Source: Cyanobacteria bacterium UBA3803 (lineage in GTDB: Bacteria; Cyanobacteriota; Vampirovibrionia; Gastranaerophilales; Gastranaerophilaceae). Taken from it: a stretch of 53,768 nt of DNA. Positions 1 through 9,324 of the stretch are shown piece after piece; position 1 is the first letter of the stretch, and each line of letters begins with the position of its first letter. The position numbers and the translations under genes are program-made. Location of the stretch: positions 1 to 53,768 of the forward strand of contig DFEL01000028.1 of assembly GCA_002369055.1 (NCBI GenBank). Direction: 5' to 3'. A model generated the notes under the pieces. That model was not told the origin of the DNA and did not search any database. It saw nothing but the letters and a program-made list of their open reading frames with translations.

Positions 1-825
1 AGATTAGACCAACAACGTAAATGGATTGCAAGACCTGAAGGCAAAATTCCTTGCTACGATGTAGACAGAAAGAAAGCTGAAGAAATTATATACCAAGCAT
101 TAAAAGAAGACCGTGCTCAATTAACAACTCGTGAATCTATTGATGTATTAGATGCTTATGGTATCAGAGTATGTAAATCAGGCTTTGCTACTAACGAAGA
201 AGAAGTTGTTGCATTAGGTAACTCAATCGGCTACCCTGTTGTAATGAAAATGACTTCTAAAACAACATCTCACAAAACAGATGTTGGCGGTGTTAGAGTA
301 AACATTCAATCAGAAGAACAATTAAGAGCAGAATACAAAGACTTGTTATCTAAATTAGAAGAAAAAGGTCTTTTAGACGGTCTTGAAGGTGTAATCATTC
401 AAGAAATGGTTAAAGGTAACAGAGAAATGGTTTGCGGTATTGCAACAGATCCTCAATACGGTCCAATGATGATGTTCGGTTTAGGCGGCGTATTTATTGA
501 AGTTATGAAAGACGTAACATTCAGAATCGCTCCATTAACTGACGTTGATGCAGAAGAAATGATTAAATCAGTAAAAGCATACAAATTATTGGAAGGTGCA
601 AGAGGTACAAAACCTGCTGATATGAACCAAATTCAAGAAACATTATTAAGATTATCTCAATTAGTTTCTGACTACAAATTCATCGACGAATTAGATATTA
701 ACCCATTATTAATATCTGAAAAAACAGGTGAAGGTATTGCAGTTGACGGTCGTATCAAAGTAAGACTTGAAGAAGCAAAAGAATCTTTAGGTCTAACTTG
801 CACAGCTTGCGGTTGCTGCAAATAG
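1..825 (+). CDS. ADP-forming acetyl-CoA synthetase / acetate--CoA ligase family protein, C-terminal ATP-grasp part (5' end outside window)
   Basis: Frame 1 is open from base 1 to TAG 823-825; track ORF 244..825 is only the part after an internal Met. The translation (..GYPVVMKMTS..HKTDVGGVRVNI..INPLL..) looks like the ATP-grasp domain of NDP-forming acyl-CoA synthetases. Cys-rich tail CTACGCCK. Confidence 0.7.
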   Translation, partial: RLDQQRKWIARPEGKIPCYDVDRKKAEEIIYQALKEDRAQLTTRESIDVLDAYGIRVCKSGFATNEEEVVALGNSIGYPVVMKMTSKTTSHKTDVGGVRVNIQSEEQLRAEYKDLLSKLEEKGLLDGLEGVIIQEMVKGNREMVCGIATDPQYGPMMMFGLGGVFIEVMKDVTFRIAPLTDVDAEEMIKSVKAYKLLEGARGTKPADMNQIQETLLRLSQLVSDYKFIDELDINPLLISEKTGEGIAVDGRIKVRLEEAKESLGLTCTACGCCK

Positions 826-848
826 TTTGTAAATCTAAATAATTTAAA

Positions 849-889
849 AAATCCCGATGTTGAAAATATTTCAGCATTGGGATTTTTTT
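849..889 (+). terminator. Rho-independent terminator after the acyl-CoA synthetase gene
   Basis: 17-bp stem AAATCCCGATGTTGAAA / TTTCAGCATTGGGATTT with two G-U pairs, followed by a T7 run. Confidence 0.7.
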
Positions 890-903
890 ACAAAATACCT
901 ATG

Positions 904-932
904 TTGACAAGTGTAACCAAGTAGGTTATAAT
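904..932 (+). promoter_or_regulatory. Sigma70-type promoter of higBA cassette 1
   Basis: TTGACA (904-909), 17-nt spacer, TATAAT (927-932); the higB ATG is at 939. Confidence 0.6.
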
Positions 933-938
933 AGTAAT

Positions 939-1223
939 ATGATTAAATCTTTTAAGCATAAAGGTCTTGAAAATTTTTATATCACAGGTTCACTTAAGGG
1001 TATTCAAGCAATACATAAAGATAAAATAAGTGTTATACTAAATCGTTTAAACTTGATGCAAAATATTCAAGATATCAATTTTCCCGGTTCCAATTTACAC
1101 AGGTTAAAAGGAGATTTAAAAGGTCAATGGTCAGTAACAGTTCAAGCAAATTGGCGAATAACATTTGAATATGATGAAAAAACATCAGATGTTTATATAG
1201 TAGATTATCAAGATTACCATTAA
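939..1223 (+). CDS. higB: HigB-like type II toxin (RelE/ParE superfamily, 'plasmid maintenance system killer')
   Basis: 94 aa. MIKSFKHKGLE..F..G..KGI.., ..LHRLKGDLKGQWSV.V..NWRI.F and ..V..VDYQDYH are the characteristic HigB pattern. It sits immediately upstream of an XRE-HTH antidote gene. Confidence 0.85.
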   Translation: MIKSFKHKGLENFYITGSLKGIQAIHKDKISVILNRLNLMQNIQDINFPGSNLHRLKGDLKGQWSVTVQANWRITFEYDEKTSDVYIVDYQDYH

Positions 1224-1235
1224 GGAGTAGAAAAT

Positions 1236-1520
1236 ATGGAAATGCATAACCCTCCGCATCCGGGCAAAACACTTAAAATATTATATTTAGAAGAACTTAA
1301 TTTATCAATAGCGGCACTGGCACTAAAAACAGGAATCAGCCGTAAGCATTTGTCTAATATTATAAATTGTAAAGTTCCTATAACGGTAGAAACAGCATTA
1401 AAACTTGCAAAATGTTTTAACACATCTGCGGAAGTATGGCTAAGAGAACAAATTGCATACGACCTATGGCATGCAAAACAGACAATAAACCTTGATAATG
1501 TGGAAGTTATTGCAAAATAG
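1236..1520 (+). CDS. higA: HigA-family antitoxin (XRE-type HTH)
   Basis: 94 aa. N-terminal HPG..LKE..LE.L.LS...LA..LG.SR..LS.I.N motif typical of HigA/VapI antidotes. Starts 13 nt after higB. Confidence 0.85.
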   Translation: MEMHNPPHPGKTLKILYLEELNLSIAALALKTGISRKHLSNIINCKVPITVETALKLAKCFNTSAEVWLREQIAYDLWHAKQTINLDNVEVIAK

Positions 1521-1623
1521 CACAGCTTGCGGTTGCTGCAAATAGTTTGAAAACTAAATAATTTAAAAAATCTCGATGTTGAACATATTTCAGCATTGGG
1601 ATTTTTTTTACAAAATACTTATA

Positions 1624-1652
1624 TTGACAAGTGTAACCTTACAGTGTATAAT
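1624..1652 (+). promoter_or_regulatory. Sigma70-type promoter of higBA cassette 2
   Basis: TTGACA (1624-1629), 17-nt spacer, TATAAT (1647-1652); paralogous to the promoter at 904-932. Confidence 0.55.
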
Positions 1653-1658
1653 GATAAT

Positions 1659-1951
1659 GTGATAAAATCATTTAAACATAAAGGTCTTGAATCATTTTTT
1701 CTGACAGGTTCTTTAAAAGGTATTCAAGCAATACATAAGAAGAAAATACGAAGTATTCTTACTATTTAAACACATTAACTAAAGAATATGGATTAAAACC
1801 ATTAGAACAGCCATTTTACAGGTTACATCTTTTACACGGTGATTTAAAAGGTCAATGGGCTGTAACGGTTCAAGCAAATTGGCGAATAACATTTGAATAT
1901 GATGAAAAAACATCAGATGTTTATATAGTAGATTATCAAGATTATCACTAA
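1659..1951 (+). pseudogene. higB: Frameshifted higB paralog
   Basis: GTG replaces the ATG of copy 1. Reading VIKSFKHKGLESFFLTGSLKGIQAIHKKKIRSILTI hits TAA at 1767-1769. Shifting one base restores ..LNTLTKEYGLKPLEQPFYRLHLLHGDLKGQWAVTVQANWRITFEYDEKTSDVYIVDYQDYH*. Length is 293 nt, one short of a multiple of 3, consistent with a missing T in the run at 1765-1767. Confidence 0.75.
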
Positions 1952-1969
1952 CAAAAAGGAACAAAATTT

Positions 1970-2254
1970 ATGGAAATGTATAACCCTGCACATCCTGGAG
2001 AAATATTAAAAAATGATTATTTACCCGGATATAATTTATCCGTAACAGCTTTTGCATTGCGTATTGGTGTATCAAGAAATACCGCATCCGAGTTGGTAAA
2101 TTGTCACACAGGAGTAAGTACGGAAATGGCTTTAAGGTTAGAAAAAGCATTTAAAGTTCCGGCAAAGTTTTGGCTCGATGTTCAACAACAGTATGACCTA
2201 TGGCATGCAAAACAGACAATAAACCTTGATAATGTGGAAGTTATTGCAAAATAA
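1970..2254 (+). CDS. higA: HigA-family antitoxin, second divergent copy
   Basis: 94 aa with the same HPG..L...YL motif and HTH. The last 20 aa (YDLWHAKQTINLDNVEVIAK) are identical to copy 1; the rest differs clearly. Confidence 0.85.
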   Translation: MEMYNPAHPGEILKNDYLPGYNLSVTAFALRIGVSRNTASELVNCHTGVSTEMALRLEKAFKVPAKFWLDVQQQYDLWHAKQTINLDNVEVIAK

Positions 2255-2298
2255 AATTCTGCTTGCGGTTGCTGCAAATGCTCAAAACAATATAAAAC

Positions 2299-2335
2299 AA
2301 AAATCGAGAATTTTTCAATTCTCGATTTTTGTTTT
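2299..2335. terminator. Bidirectional terminator between higA-2 and the convergent coiled-coil gene
   Basis: AAAAATCGAGAATT tttc AATTCTCGATTTTT hairpin with an A-run on one side and a T-run on the other. Confidence 0.7.
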
Positions 2336-2337
2336 AT

Positions 2338-4245
2338 CTAATTATCTTTATTGTTTTTTATCCAGTTTTCTATGTCTGCATCTGTTGGTTCTTTACCCTC
2401 ATGGTTATTTTTCCAATTGGCTAAAAATTCAGAATAATCAGGATGAGCCTTAAACGCTGCAACGGTAGGTGTTTTTTTATCATCGGTTGCCGCAAGTTTA
2501 TCACCGGCAGGACTACCACCGTCTGCCGCAGGAGTACTTTCGCCAGCAGGAGTATTATGTTTTTCAAATTCAGAGAATACAGGCTTTCCTGATGATAAAT
2601 CTACATTATGAGTTTTTCCATTTGAATCTTTTACAATAAGACCATTTTCATCACAACTTAGTACAGTGCATTTTTCACCATTAATCATTACTTCTTTGCC
2701 TTGTTCGTAGTTGTTAGCATCTGTCTTATCAGGGTGTGCGGCAAGAGAACTATTCGCTTTATTGATAGATGATTCAAGCTTGTCTTTTTTAGCTGTCAAG
2801 TCCTTTATTTTACCATTGTTAGTTTCAATTTGTTTTGCAGCAGTTGCCTTTGCTTCATTTTCATTAACTAATGAGCTTAAATCCTCTTGAGCAACGATAA
2901 CTTCAGCTAATTTAGATTTTGTTTCATCACTAAAAGATTGAACATTTGTTTCATTGTTTTTAAGATCTACTTTATGGCTTTTCAATGTTGCAGCTTCATC
3001 AATATATCCTGCAAATTGAGTAACTAACTCATTCTTTTGAGCAACAGCTGCATCTCTATCTGTTTCTGCTTGTGCTTTTGTTTCTTCCAGTTGAGCTAAT
3101 GTTTGATCTCCGATTTTAATTTTGCCTTTTAAATCAGCTATCGCTTTATCATTGGCTTCTTTTTCTTTTATTTTGTCTTTTTCTAATTTTTCATTTTCTT
3201 TCTTTTGTTTTTCGTATGTTTTAATGTCTTCTTTTAATTTATTTATAGTACTTTCGCTTCTATCAGGATTATTTTCTTTTACTTTCTTCTTGCCACCTTT
3301 TCCGTCATCAACTTCTTTTTCTATTGTTTTAGGTTTTGCTTCTTCAGTTTTTAAATTACTTTCAGCCTGAGCAAGATTTGTTGCGGCAGTAGTTGCTTTT
3401 TGGTTATAGTCTAAAATATCAGCTTCTATTTGAGGAGCATCAGCTTCACGTTTCTGTAAGTCTGCATATTGACCCGCTTTTTCTTGAGATACTGTCAAAA
3501 TCTTACCATTTGCGGTTTCAATCTTTACCTCTGTTTCAGTTTCTAATTTTTTAACTTCTGCCTGATTTTTTTGATTCAAATCTTGAGCTTTTGTATTTTT
3601 ATCCGTTTGTGCATTATTATCAACAATTTTGCCACTTAATGCATTAAGTTGAGAATTACAATCTTCAATAGTTGTATTTGCTGCTTTTTCTGCATTAACT
3701 GCTTCTTTAATACCATCTCTAAGGTCACCCATTACTTTTGAATAATCACCACTTGCCAACTGTGCATTTTGATTTTCAAGGTCAGTAATTTCACCGTCAA
3801 CAGTAGTCAAGGCTTGTCTGGCATCAGACATCGCACTAACAACAGCTTCACGTTGTGATGATTTTGGTTTTGCTTCAAATGCTGCAACTGCACTATCTAA
3901 TTTGCTTGCAGGATCATTTGCGGCAGAAGCACCACCTGCACTACCGCCACCGGCATTGTCACTTGAACCACCATTACCTTGGAACAACGGTGCTGCTGAC
4001 GATAAAACACCTGCAATACCTGTTAGGGAAGCAGTAATATAATCTAATGCAGACGGTTTTTCAGTTTCACCACCAACATCATCTGTAATTGTTCTTTCAA
4101 CTTCATCTTGTTTTGCTTCTAACTCAGCTTTTCTTGCACGATACTGTTCCAATTCTGTTTTATAACTATACCCGGTATCTACTTTTACTTGTGATATTAC
4201 ACTACGTGCTTTATTACCTACTGATTGAAATTCGTTTATACCCAT
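2338..4245 (-). CDS. Hypothetical long coiled-coil protein (Lys/Glu/Ala/Asn-rich)
   Basis: 635-aa ORF with no signal peptide. Contains a Gly/Ser/Ala low-complexity linker and long heptad-like K/E/Q/A stretches. No catalytic motif recognised. Confidence 0.6.
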   Translation of the reverse strand: MGINEFQSVGNKARSVISQVKVDTGYSYKTELEQYRARKAELEAKQDEVERTITDDVGGETEKPSALDYITASLTGIAGVLSSAAPLFQGNGGSSDNAGGGSAGGASAANDPASKLDSAVAAFEAKPKSSQREAVVSAMSDARQALTTVDGEITDLENQNAQLASGDYSKVMGDLRDGIKEAVNAEKAANTTIEDCNSQLNALSGKIVDNNAQTDKNTKAQDLNQKNQAEVKKLETETEVKIETANGKILTVSQEKAGQYADLQKREADAPQIEADILDYNQKATTAATNLAQAESNLKTEEAKPKTIEKEVDDGKGGKKKVKENNPDRSESTINKLKEDIKTYEKQKKENEKLEKDKIKEKEANDKAIADLKGKIKIGDQTLAQLEETKAQAETDRDAAVAQKNELVTQFAGYIDEAATLKSHKVDLKNNETNVQSFSDETKSKLAEVIVAQEDLSSLVNENEAKATAAKQIETNNGKIKDLTAKKDKLESSINKANSSLAAHPDKTDANNYEQGKEVMINGEKCTVLSCDENGLIVKDSNGKTHNVDLSSGKPVFSEFEKHNTPAGESTPAADGGSPAGDKLAATDDKKTPTVAAFKAHPDYSEFLANWKNNHEGKEPTDADIENWIKNNKDN

Positions 4246-4395
4246 ACCTTACCTACTTTCTTTTATATATTCTACACTACACACATGGCATGTCGGTACT
4301 TAAATGCATGAACTTTAGAATTATCGGCAATATGTTACAAAAAATTTACAATCATTTTTGTTAGTATTTTGTATTATTCATTAGATGACTAAATA

Positions 4396-4629
4396 TTAAT
4401 TATTATCCATAAATTCGCCATTATCTGACAATAAATTCAGCAAAAAAACACCTTTGACCGCTGCTTCTACTCTATTTTTGACTTTTAATTTCTGAAATAC
4501 TGAACTTATGTGTGCTTTTACTGTTGAAAGACTAATATACAATTTTTTTGCAATTCCTCTATTAGATTTACCTCTCATTAATTCAATAAGCACAGCTTTT
4601 TCTCTTTCAGTCAACAGTTCAACCATCAT
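4396..4629 (-). CDS. LuxR/GerE-family HTH transcription regulator (stand-alone DNA-binding domain)
   Basis: 77 aa. LTEREKAVL.L...G.SN..IAKKLYIS..TVK.H.S..F.KL.V.NR..A is the LuxR C-terminal HTH signature. Confidence 0.8.
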   Translation of the reverse strand: MMVELLTEREKAVLIELMRGKSNRGIAKKLYISLSTVKAHISSVFQKLKVKNRVEAAVKGVFLLNLLSDNGEFMDNN

Positions 4630-4826
4630 TACTAACCCTTTCTTTTATAATCTTCCCAAAATTTTTATTTAATATTTTTAATTTTAATTAAGAGTTTAAA
4701 TTTTTTTTACATATATTTGCCTTTGCAAAAAAATACTTTAAAGATATTAAATTTTTGTAAAAAAAATTAAATTTTTAATTATTTATTATATAGTTAATAT
4801 GTAGCTATTTTATTTGGGAGAAAAGA

Positions 4827-5633
4827 ATGATACATTCATCAGCGATAATTCATGAAACTGCAAAAATTGCCGAAGATGCTTACATCGGTCCAAATGTTGT
4901 AATCGGTGAAAATGTTGTTATTGGCAGTGGAACAAGGGTAATTGCAAGTGCATTTATTGAATTTGCAGAAATTGGTAAAAACTGTACAATAAGTCCCTTT
5001 GCAACCATTGGTTCTGAACCGCAAGATTTAGGTTACAAAAGTGAGCCAACAAAAGTTGTTATTGGTGATGATGTTATTATTAAAGAAAATGTTACTGTCC
5101 ACAGAGGAGCAGCCTGCGGAGATTTTACAACAAGAATTGGTAATAAATGTTTGCTTATGGCAGGCGTACATGTTGCACACAACTGCGTTTTAGCCGATCA
5201 AGTTATTATGGCAAACCTTGCAACTTTGGGTGGTCATTGCCACGTAGGTTTTGGAGCTTGGCTTGGCGGAATGACTGTTTTTCACCAAAACGTTAGAGTA
5301 GGTGATATGGCAATAATCAGTGGCTTCTCAGCAACAAGACAAGATATTCTTCCTTATTCTAAAGGTGAAGGCAGACCTCCTGTGCCAAAAGGATTGAATG
5401 TTGTCGCTATGAGAAGACGTGGCGTGTCTAAAGAGGACAGAATTAACACAAATGCTGCCTTCAAACTGCTTGTTTCTCCTGAATATAACACAACTCAAGC
5501 AATAGAAAAAATCAAAGCCGAAATCCCTATGAATGAATATATTGAAAAAATGATTGAATTCATACAATCATCCAAAAGAGGTGTTCTTTTAAAATCACAC
5601 AAACAAGGATTTGAAAGTCTTGACGAAGAATAA
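4827..5633 (+). CDS. lpxA: Acyl-ACP--UDP-N-acetylglucosamine O-acyltransferase
   Basis: 268 aa. N-terminal IH.SAII...A.I......IGP..VIG..V.IG hexapeptide repeats followed by a C-terminal helical domain, as in LpxA. Confidence 0.88.
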   Translation: MIHSSAIIHETAKIAEDAYIGPNVVIGENVVIGSGTRVIASAFIEFAEIGKNCTISPFATIGSEPQDLGYKSEPTKVVIGDDVIIKENVTVHRGAACGDFTTRIGNKCLLMAGVHVAHNCVLADQVIMANLATLGGHCHVGFGAWLGGMTVFHQNVRVGDMAIISGFSATRQDILPYSKGEGRPPVPKGLNVVAMRRRGVSKEDRINTNAAFKLLVSPEYNTTQAIEKIKAEIPMNEYIEKMIEFIQSSKRGVLLKSHKQGFESLDEE

Positions 5634-5651
5634 ATTAATCATTATAAAACC

Positions 5652-5684
5652 AAAAGGTCGATTGCTTTGCAATCGACCTTTTTT
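5652..5684. terminator. Bidirectional terminator between lpxA and dnaE
   Basis: AAAAGGTCGATTGC ttt GCAATCGACCTTTTTT. Confidence 0.75.
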
Positions 5685-5686
5685 AT

Positions 5687-8600
5687 TTAAATTTTTTCTT
5701 CAATAGATTTTATTTCAACATCAATTTTGCTTGGTATAAACTTCTTAACTGCATGCTCTAAATCATTTGTTGCACTTACCCAAAATGCAGGTGCAGACGC
5801 TATTTTTACCTCGCTGTCATCTTCTTTTACTTTTATTACAACAGGATCTGAACCCGGATATTTTGCTAAAATATCTTTCATTGCTACCAGTTCTTCGTAA
5901 GGAACTTCATCATTTATGGATATCATAAATATATTTGCATTATCAACCGGTTTTACATCATCTATTATAATATTCGGTTCATCTTCGTTTCTGTAACTTA
6001 CTTTTCCTGTTATTATAATTTTATTATCAGGCTGCATAAAATCATTAAATTCGCCTAATTTCTGATGAAAACAAAGAGCTTCAATCTTGCCCGATAAATC
6101 TTCCAGTGTAATTGTCTTTAAAAATTTTGAAGGATCTTTTTTGTACGGAATTTGTCTTGCAGAAGTAACAAGTCCGCACAATGTAACAACTTTTTCATCA
6201 GGAAGCTCTTTTACTTCTGAAATTTTATGTGTTTCAAGAAAATCCATTTTATCCATAATTGATGATAGCGGATGAGATGACACATAAAATCCCAAAAATT
6301 CTTTTTCAAAAGATTGTAATTCTTTATTTGAAAATTCTTCATCAGAACCTGCCAATTGAAATTGCGTCCCTGCAAAATCTTCATTATCCTCTAAACCTGC
6401 AAAAAGGCTTGTTTGCCCTAATTCTTTTGCTTTAGCCTCTTTATTGGCTGTATTTATAATATATTCAAGATTTTCTAAAAGTTGTTTTCTACTTTTTTCC
6501 AAATTTGAAAATGCACCTGATTTAATTAACCCTTCCATTACCCTTTTATTTGTTGCTTTTGGATCAATTCTTTTGCAAAAATCGTAGATAGATTTAAACT
6601 CGCCATTTTTTTCTCGTTCTTCAATAATCATTTTAACAACAACTTCGCCCACTTGTTTTACAGACGCAAGTCCAAAACGAATATTATCGCCGTCAGGAGC
6701 AAATTCTGCGTACGACTTATTTATGTCAGGCGGAAGAACTTTTATACCTTTTTTATTACATTCTTCAATGTATAATTGTGTTTTTTCCTGATCATTTGAA
6801 ACACTGGAAAGCAAGCAAGCCATATATTCAACAGGATAATGACACTTCAGGTATGCTGTTTGATAAGCAACAAACGCATAAGCCGCAGAGTGACTTCGGT
6901 TAAAACAGTATGATGCAAATTTTTCAATTTGTTCAAATAATGTTGTTGCATCTTGAGCAGACATACCGTGACGGGCAGAACCTTCAATAAATTTGCCCTT
7001 TTGCTTTTGCATTTCTTCAACTTTTTTCTTACCCATCATACGTCTTACCATATCGGCTTGACCAAGAGAATAATCCGCAAGGGTTTGGAAAACTTGCATA
7101 ATTTGTTCTTGATATACAATAGTTCCGTAAGTATCTTTCAATACCGGTTCTAATGACGGATGTGCGTATGTAATTGCTTTTCTTCCGTGTTTTCTGTCAA
7201 CAAATTCGTCAACCATACCGGAATCTAACGGACCCGGACGGAATAATGCAACCAACGCACCCAAATCTTCAAACACGTCAGGTTTTAATCTTTTTACAAG
7301 ATTTTTCATACCTGATGATTCCAACTGAAATACACCGTCTGTATCACCACGCATAAGCATTTCATAAGTTGGCTTATCATCAAGCGGTATGTGGTTAATA
7401 TCAACATCAATACCCTGACGTTTTTTTATTGCATCAAGAGTTTTATAAATTGTTGTAAGGTTTCTCAAACCCAAAAAGTCCATTTTTAAAAGGCTTAAAA
7501 CTTCTGTAACATCATGAGGCGGATAACCTGTTTGAACAATACCATCTTTTGATGGTTGAACAGGTATAATTTGATCTAAAGGTTTTGGTGCAATAATTAC
7601 ACCCGCTGCGTGAGTACCGGTATTATTCTTAATACCCTCAATACCCATTGCCAAATCTATCCATTTTTTCACACCAACTTTTTTACCCTCAATCGGGTCA
7701 ATTACAATTTGAGTATCTTCATCATACATTTGACGAAGTTCCATACCGTCTTGTAAAGCATCCTTTATATGCGTTTTTGGTTCTGACGGAATTAAACTTG
7801 CTATTCTGTTACTTTCTGAAAACGGTATTTTCAAAATTCTTGCAACACCTTTTACTGCCGCTTTTGCAGCATAAGTACCAAATGTAATAATTTGGCAAAC
7901 TTTATCTTCACCGTATTTTTGAGTTACATAATCTATAACCTCTCCACGACGCTCGATACAAAAGTCAATATCAATATCGGGCATTGTGAAACGCTCAGGA
8001 TTTAAAAATCTTTCAAACAAAAGTTTGTGTTCAATTGGGTCTAAGTCAGTAATTTCTAGTGCATACGCAACAAGCGAACCTGCAGCAGAACCACGACCCG
8101 GACCTACAGGAATACCATGAGTTTTTGCATAGTGAATAAAGTCCCAAGTAATTAAGAAATAAGCGGCAAATCCCATTTGCTCAATTACACCTAATTCATA
8201 CTCCGCACGTTCTCTTAATTCCTTTGTAATTTCACCATAGCGTTTCTTTACACCTTCCATTACAAGATAATTTAAATAACTTTCTGTTGTATGATTTTTA
8301 GGTACTTCATAATGCGGAAGCGGGGATTTTCCGAGTTCGAGTGTCAAATGGCACTTGTCAGCAATTTTTACTGTATTTGCAATACATCTGTTAAATAAAT
8401 CTTCTTCCATCCAAGAAAAAGACTGTCTTAATTGTTCTGCATTTTTTACATAAAATTCATTACCCTCAAAATGAAAACGGTTAGGATCATCTTTTTCGGA
8501 ATTAGTATTCATACACAACAACGTGTCATGCATATCTGCATCTTCTTTACGTAAATAGTGAGAATCGTTTGTTATAACCATTTCAATATCAAGTTCTTTT

Positions 8601-9178
8601 GCCAAAGCAATAAGTTCAGGATTAGTACGTTTTTGATCTTCTAAACCATGGTCTTGAAGTTCAATATAATAATCTTCACCGAACAATTCCTTATATTGTT
8701 TTGCAACTTCTCTTGCTTTTTCAGGCTCACGATGAAGAAGATTTTGTAAAATTTCTCCTCCAAGGCATGCCGATAAACAGATTAAACCTTTGTGGTGTTC
8801 TTTAATCAATTCCCAGTTAATACGAGGGTGTACATAACGACCTTTACACCAAGCCTCTGATGTCAATTTAATTAAATTTTTATAACCGTCCTTATCCTTT
8901 GCAAGCAAAATCAAGTGATAACAAGGATTATTCATTTTATCACGCTCTGTAATATCGCCATTATGAACGTAAAACTCACAGCCCAGAATTGGTTTCAAGC
9001 CTGCTTCTTTTGCCGTTGTATAAAGTTCCATATCACCGTACATTACACCATGGTCGGTAATTGCAACTGCAGGAAATTCTTCTTCTTTCGCAAAATTACA
9101 TAAATCATCTATTCTTATCGCACCATCAAGTAACGAATATTCTGTGTGCAAGTGTAATGGAACATACGGTCTTCTCAT
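5687..9178 (-). CDS. dnaE: DNA polymerase III alpha subunit
   Basis: 1163 aa. PHP domain start (FVPLHLHTEYSLLDGA), the MPDIDIDF catalytic motif and an OB-fold tail. Confidence 0.95.
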   Translation of the reverse strand: MRRPYVPLHLHTEYSLLDGAIRIDDLCNFAKEEEFPAVAITDHGVMYGDMELYTTAKEAGLKPILGCEFYVHNGDITERDKMNNPCYHLILLAKDKDGYKNLIKLTSEAWCKGRYVHPRINWELIKEHHKGLICLSACLGGEILQNLLHREPEKAREVAKQYKELFGEDYYIELQDHGLEDQKRTNPELIALAKELDIEMVITNDSHYLRKEDADMHDTLLCMNTNSEKDDPNRFHFEGNEFYVKNAEQLRQSFSWMEEDLFNRCIANTVKIADKCHLTLELGKSPLPHYEVPKNHTTESYLNYLVMEGVKKRYGEITKELRERAEYELGVIEQMGFAAYFLITWDFIHYAKTHGIPVGPGRGSAAGSLVAYALEITDLDPIEHKLLFERFLNPERFTMPDIDIDFCIERRGEVIDYVTQKYGEDKVCQIITFGTYAAKAAVKGVARILKIPFSESNRIASLIPSEPKTHIKDALQDGMELRQMYDEDTQIVIDPIEGKKVGVKKWIDLAMGIEGIKNNTGTHAAGVIIAPKPLDQIIPVQPSKDGIVQTGYPPHDVTEVLSLLKMDFLGLRNLTTIYKTLDAIKKRQGIDVDINHIPLDDKPTYEMLMRGDTDGVFQLESSGMKNLVKRLKPDVFEDLGALVALFRPGPLDSGMVDEFVDRKHGRKAITYAHPSLEPVLKDTYGTIVYQEQIMQVFQTLADYSLGQADMVRRMMGKKKVEEMQKQKGKFIEGSARHGMSAQDATTLFEQIEKFASYCFNRSHSAAYAFVAYQTAYLKCHYPVEYMACLLSSVSNDQEKTQLYIEECNKKGIKVLPPDINKSYAEFAPDGDNIRFGLASVKQVGEVVVKMIIEEREKNGEFKSIYDFCKRIDPKATNKRVMEGLIKSGAFSNLEKSRKQLLENLEYIINTANKEAKAKELGQTSLFAGLEDNEDFAGTQFQLAGSDEEFSNKELQSFEKEFLGFYVSSHPLSSIMDKMDFLETHKISEVKELPDEKVVTLCGLVTSARQIPYKKDPSKFLKTITLEDLSGKIEALCFHQKLGEFNDFMQPDNKIIITGKVSYRNEDEPNIIIDDVKPVDNANIFMISINDEVPYEELVAMKDILAKYPGSDPVVIKVKEDDSEVKIASAPAFWVSATNDLEHAVKKFIPSKIDVEIKSIEEKI

Positions 9179-9258
9179 TCAACTACCCCTTAATTTCTTT
9201 ATAATACAAGTTTATCATGCAAGGGTGACATTTTCTGTCATTATTAAGAATTGTGAGT

Positions 9259-9301
9259 AAAAAAAACTAAAACGACTATCTTTTCAGATAAGCCGTTTTA
9301 G
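9259..9301 (-). terminator. Rho-independent terminator of the oad operon
   Basis: Minus strand: CTAAAACGgcTTATCTgaaaAGATAgtCGTTTTAG followed by T8. Confidence 0.7.
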
Positions 9302-9324
9302 TTTTGATTCTGTATATATGTCAA

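Larger units (their letters stand above)
801..2279. repeat. Tandem repeat: two ~720-740-bp higBA cassette units plus a 19-nt third copy of the junction core
   Basis: CACAGCTTGCGGTTGCTGCAAATAGTTTG occurs at 801 and 1521. Its core GCTTGCGGTTGCTGCAAAT recurs at 2261-2279. Terminator, promoter, both higB ends and the higA 3' end are near-identical between units, while the centres differ. Confidence 0.85.

Noticed and set aside
1075-1423. Track ORFs 1075..1272(-) and 1220..1423(-), and likewise 1779..1964(-) and 1968..2150(-)
   Set aside because: They are antisense shadows of the well-supported higB and higA genes. They have no RBS and odd composition.
2226-2453. Track ORF 2226..2453(+)
   Set aside because: It starts inside higA-2, crosses the bidirectional terminator and runs antisense into the coiled-coil gene.
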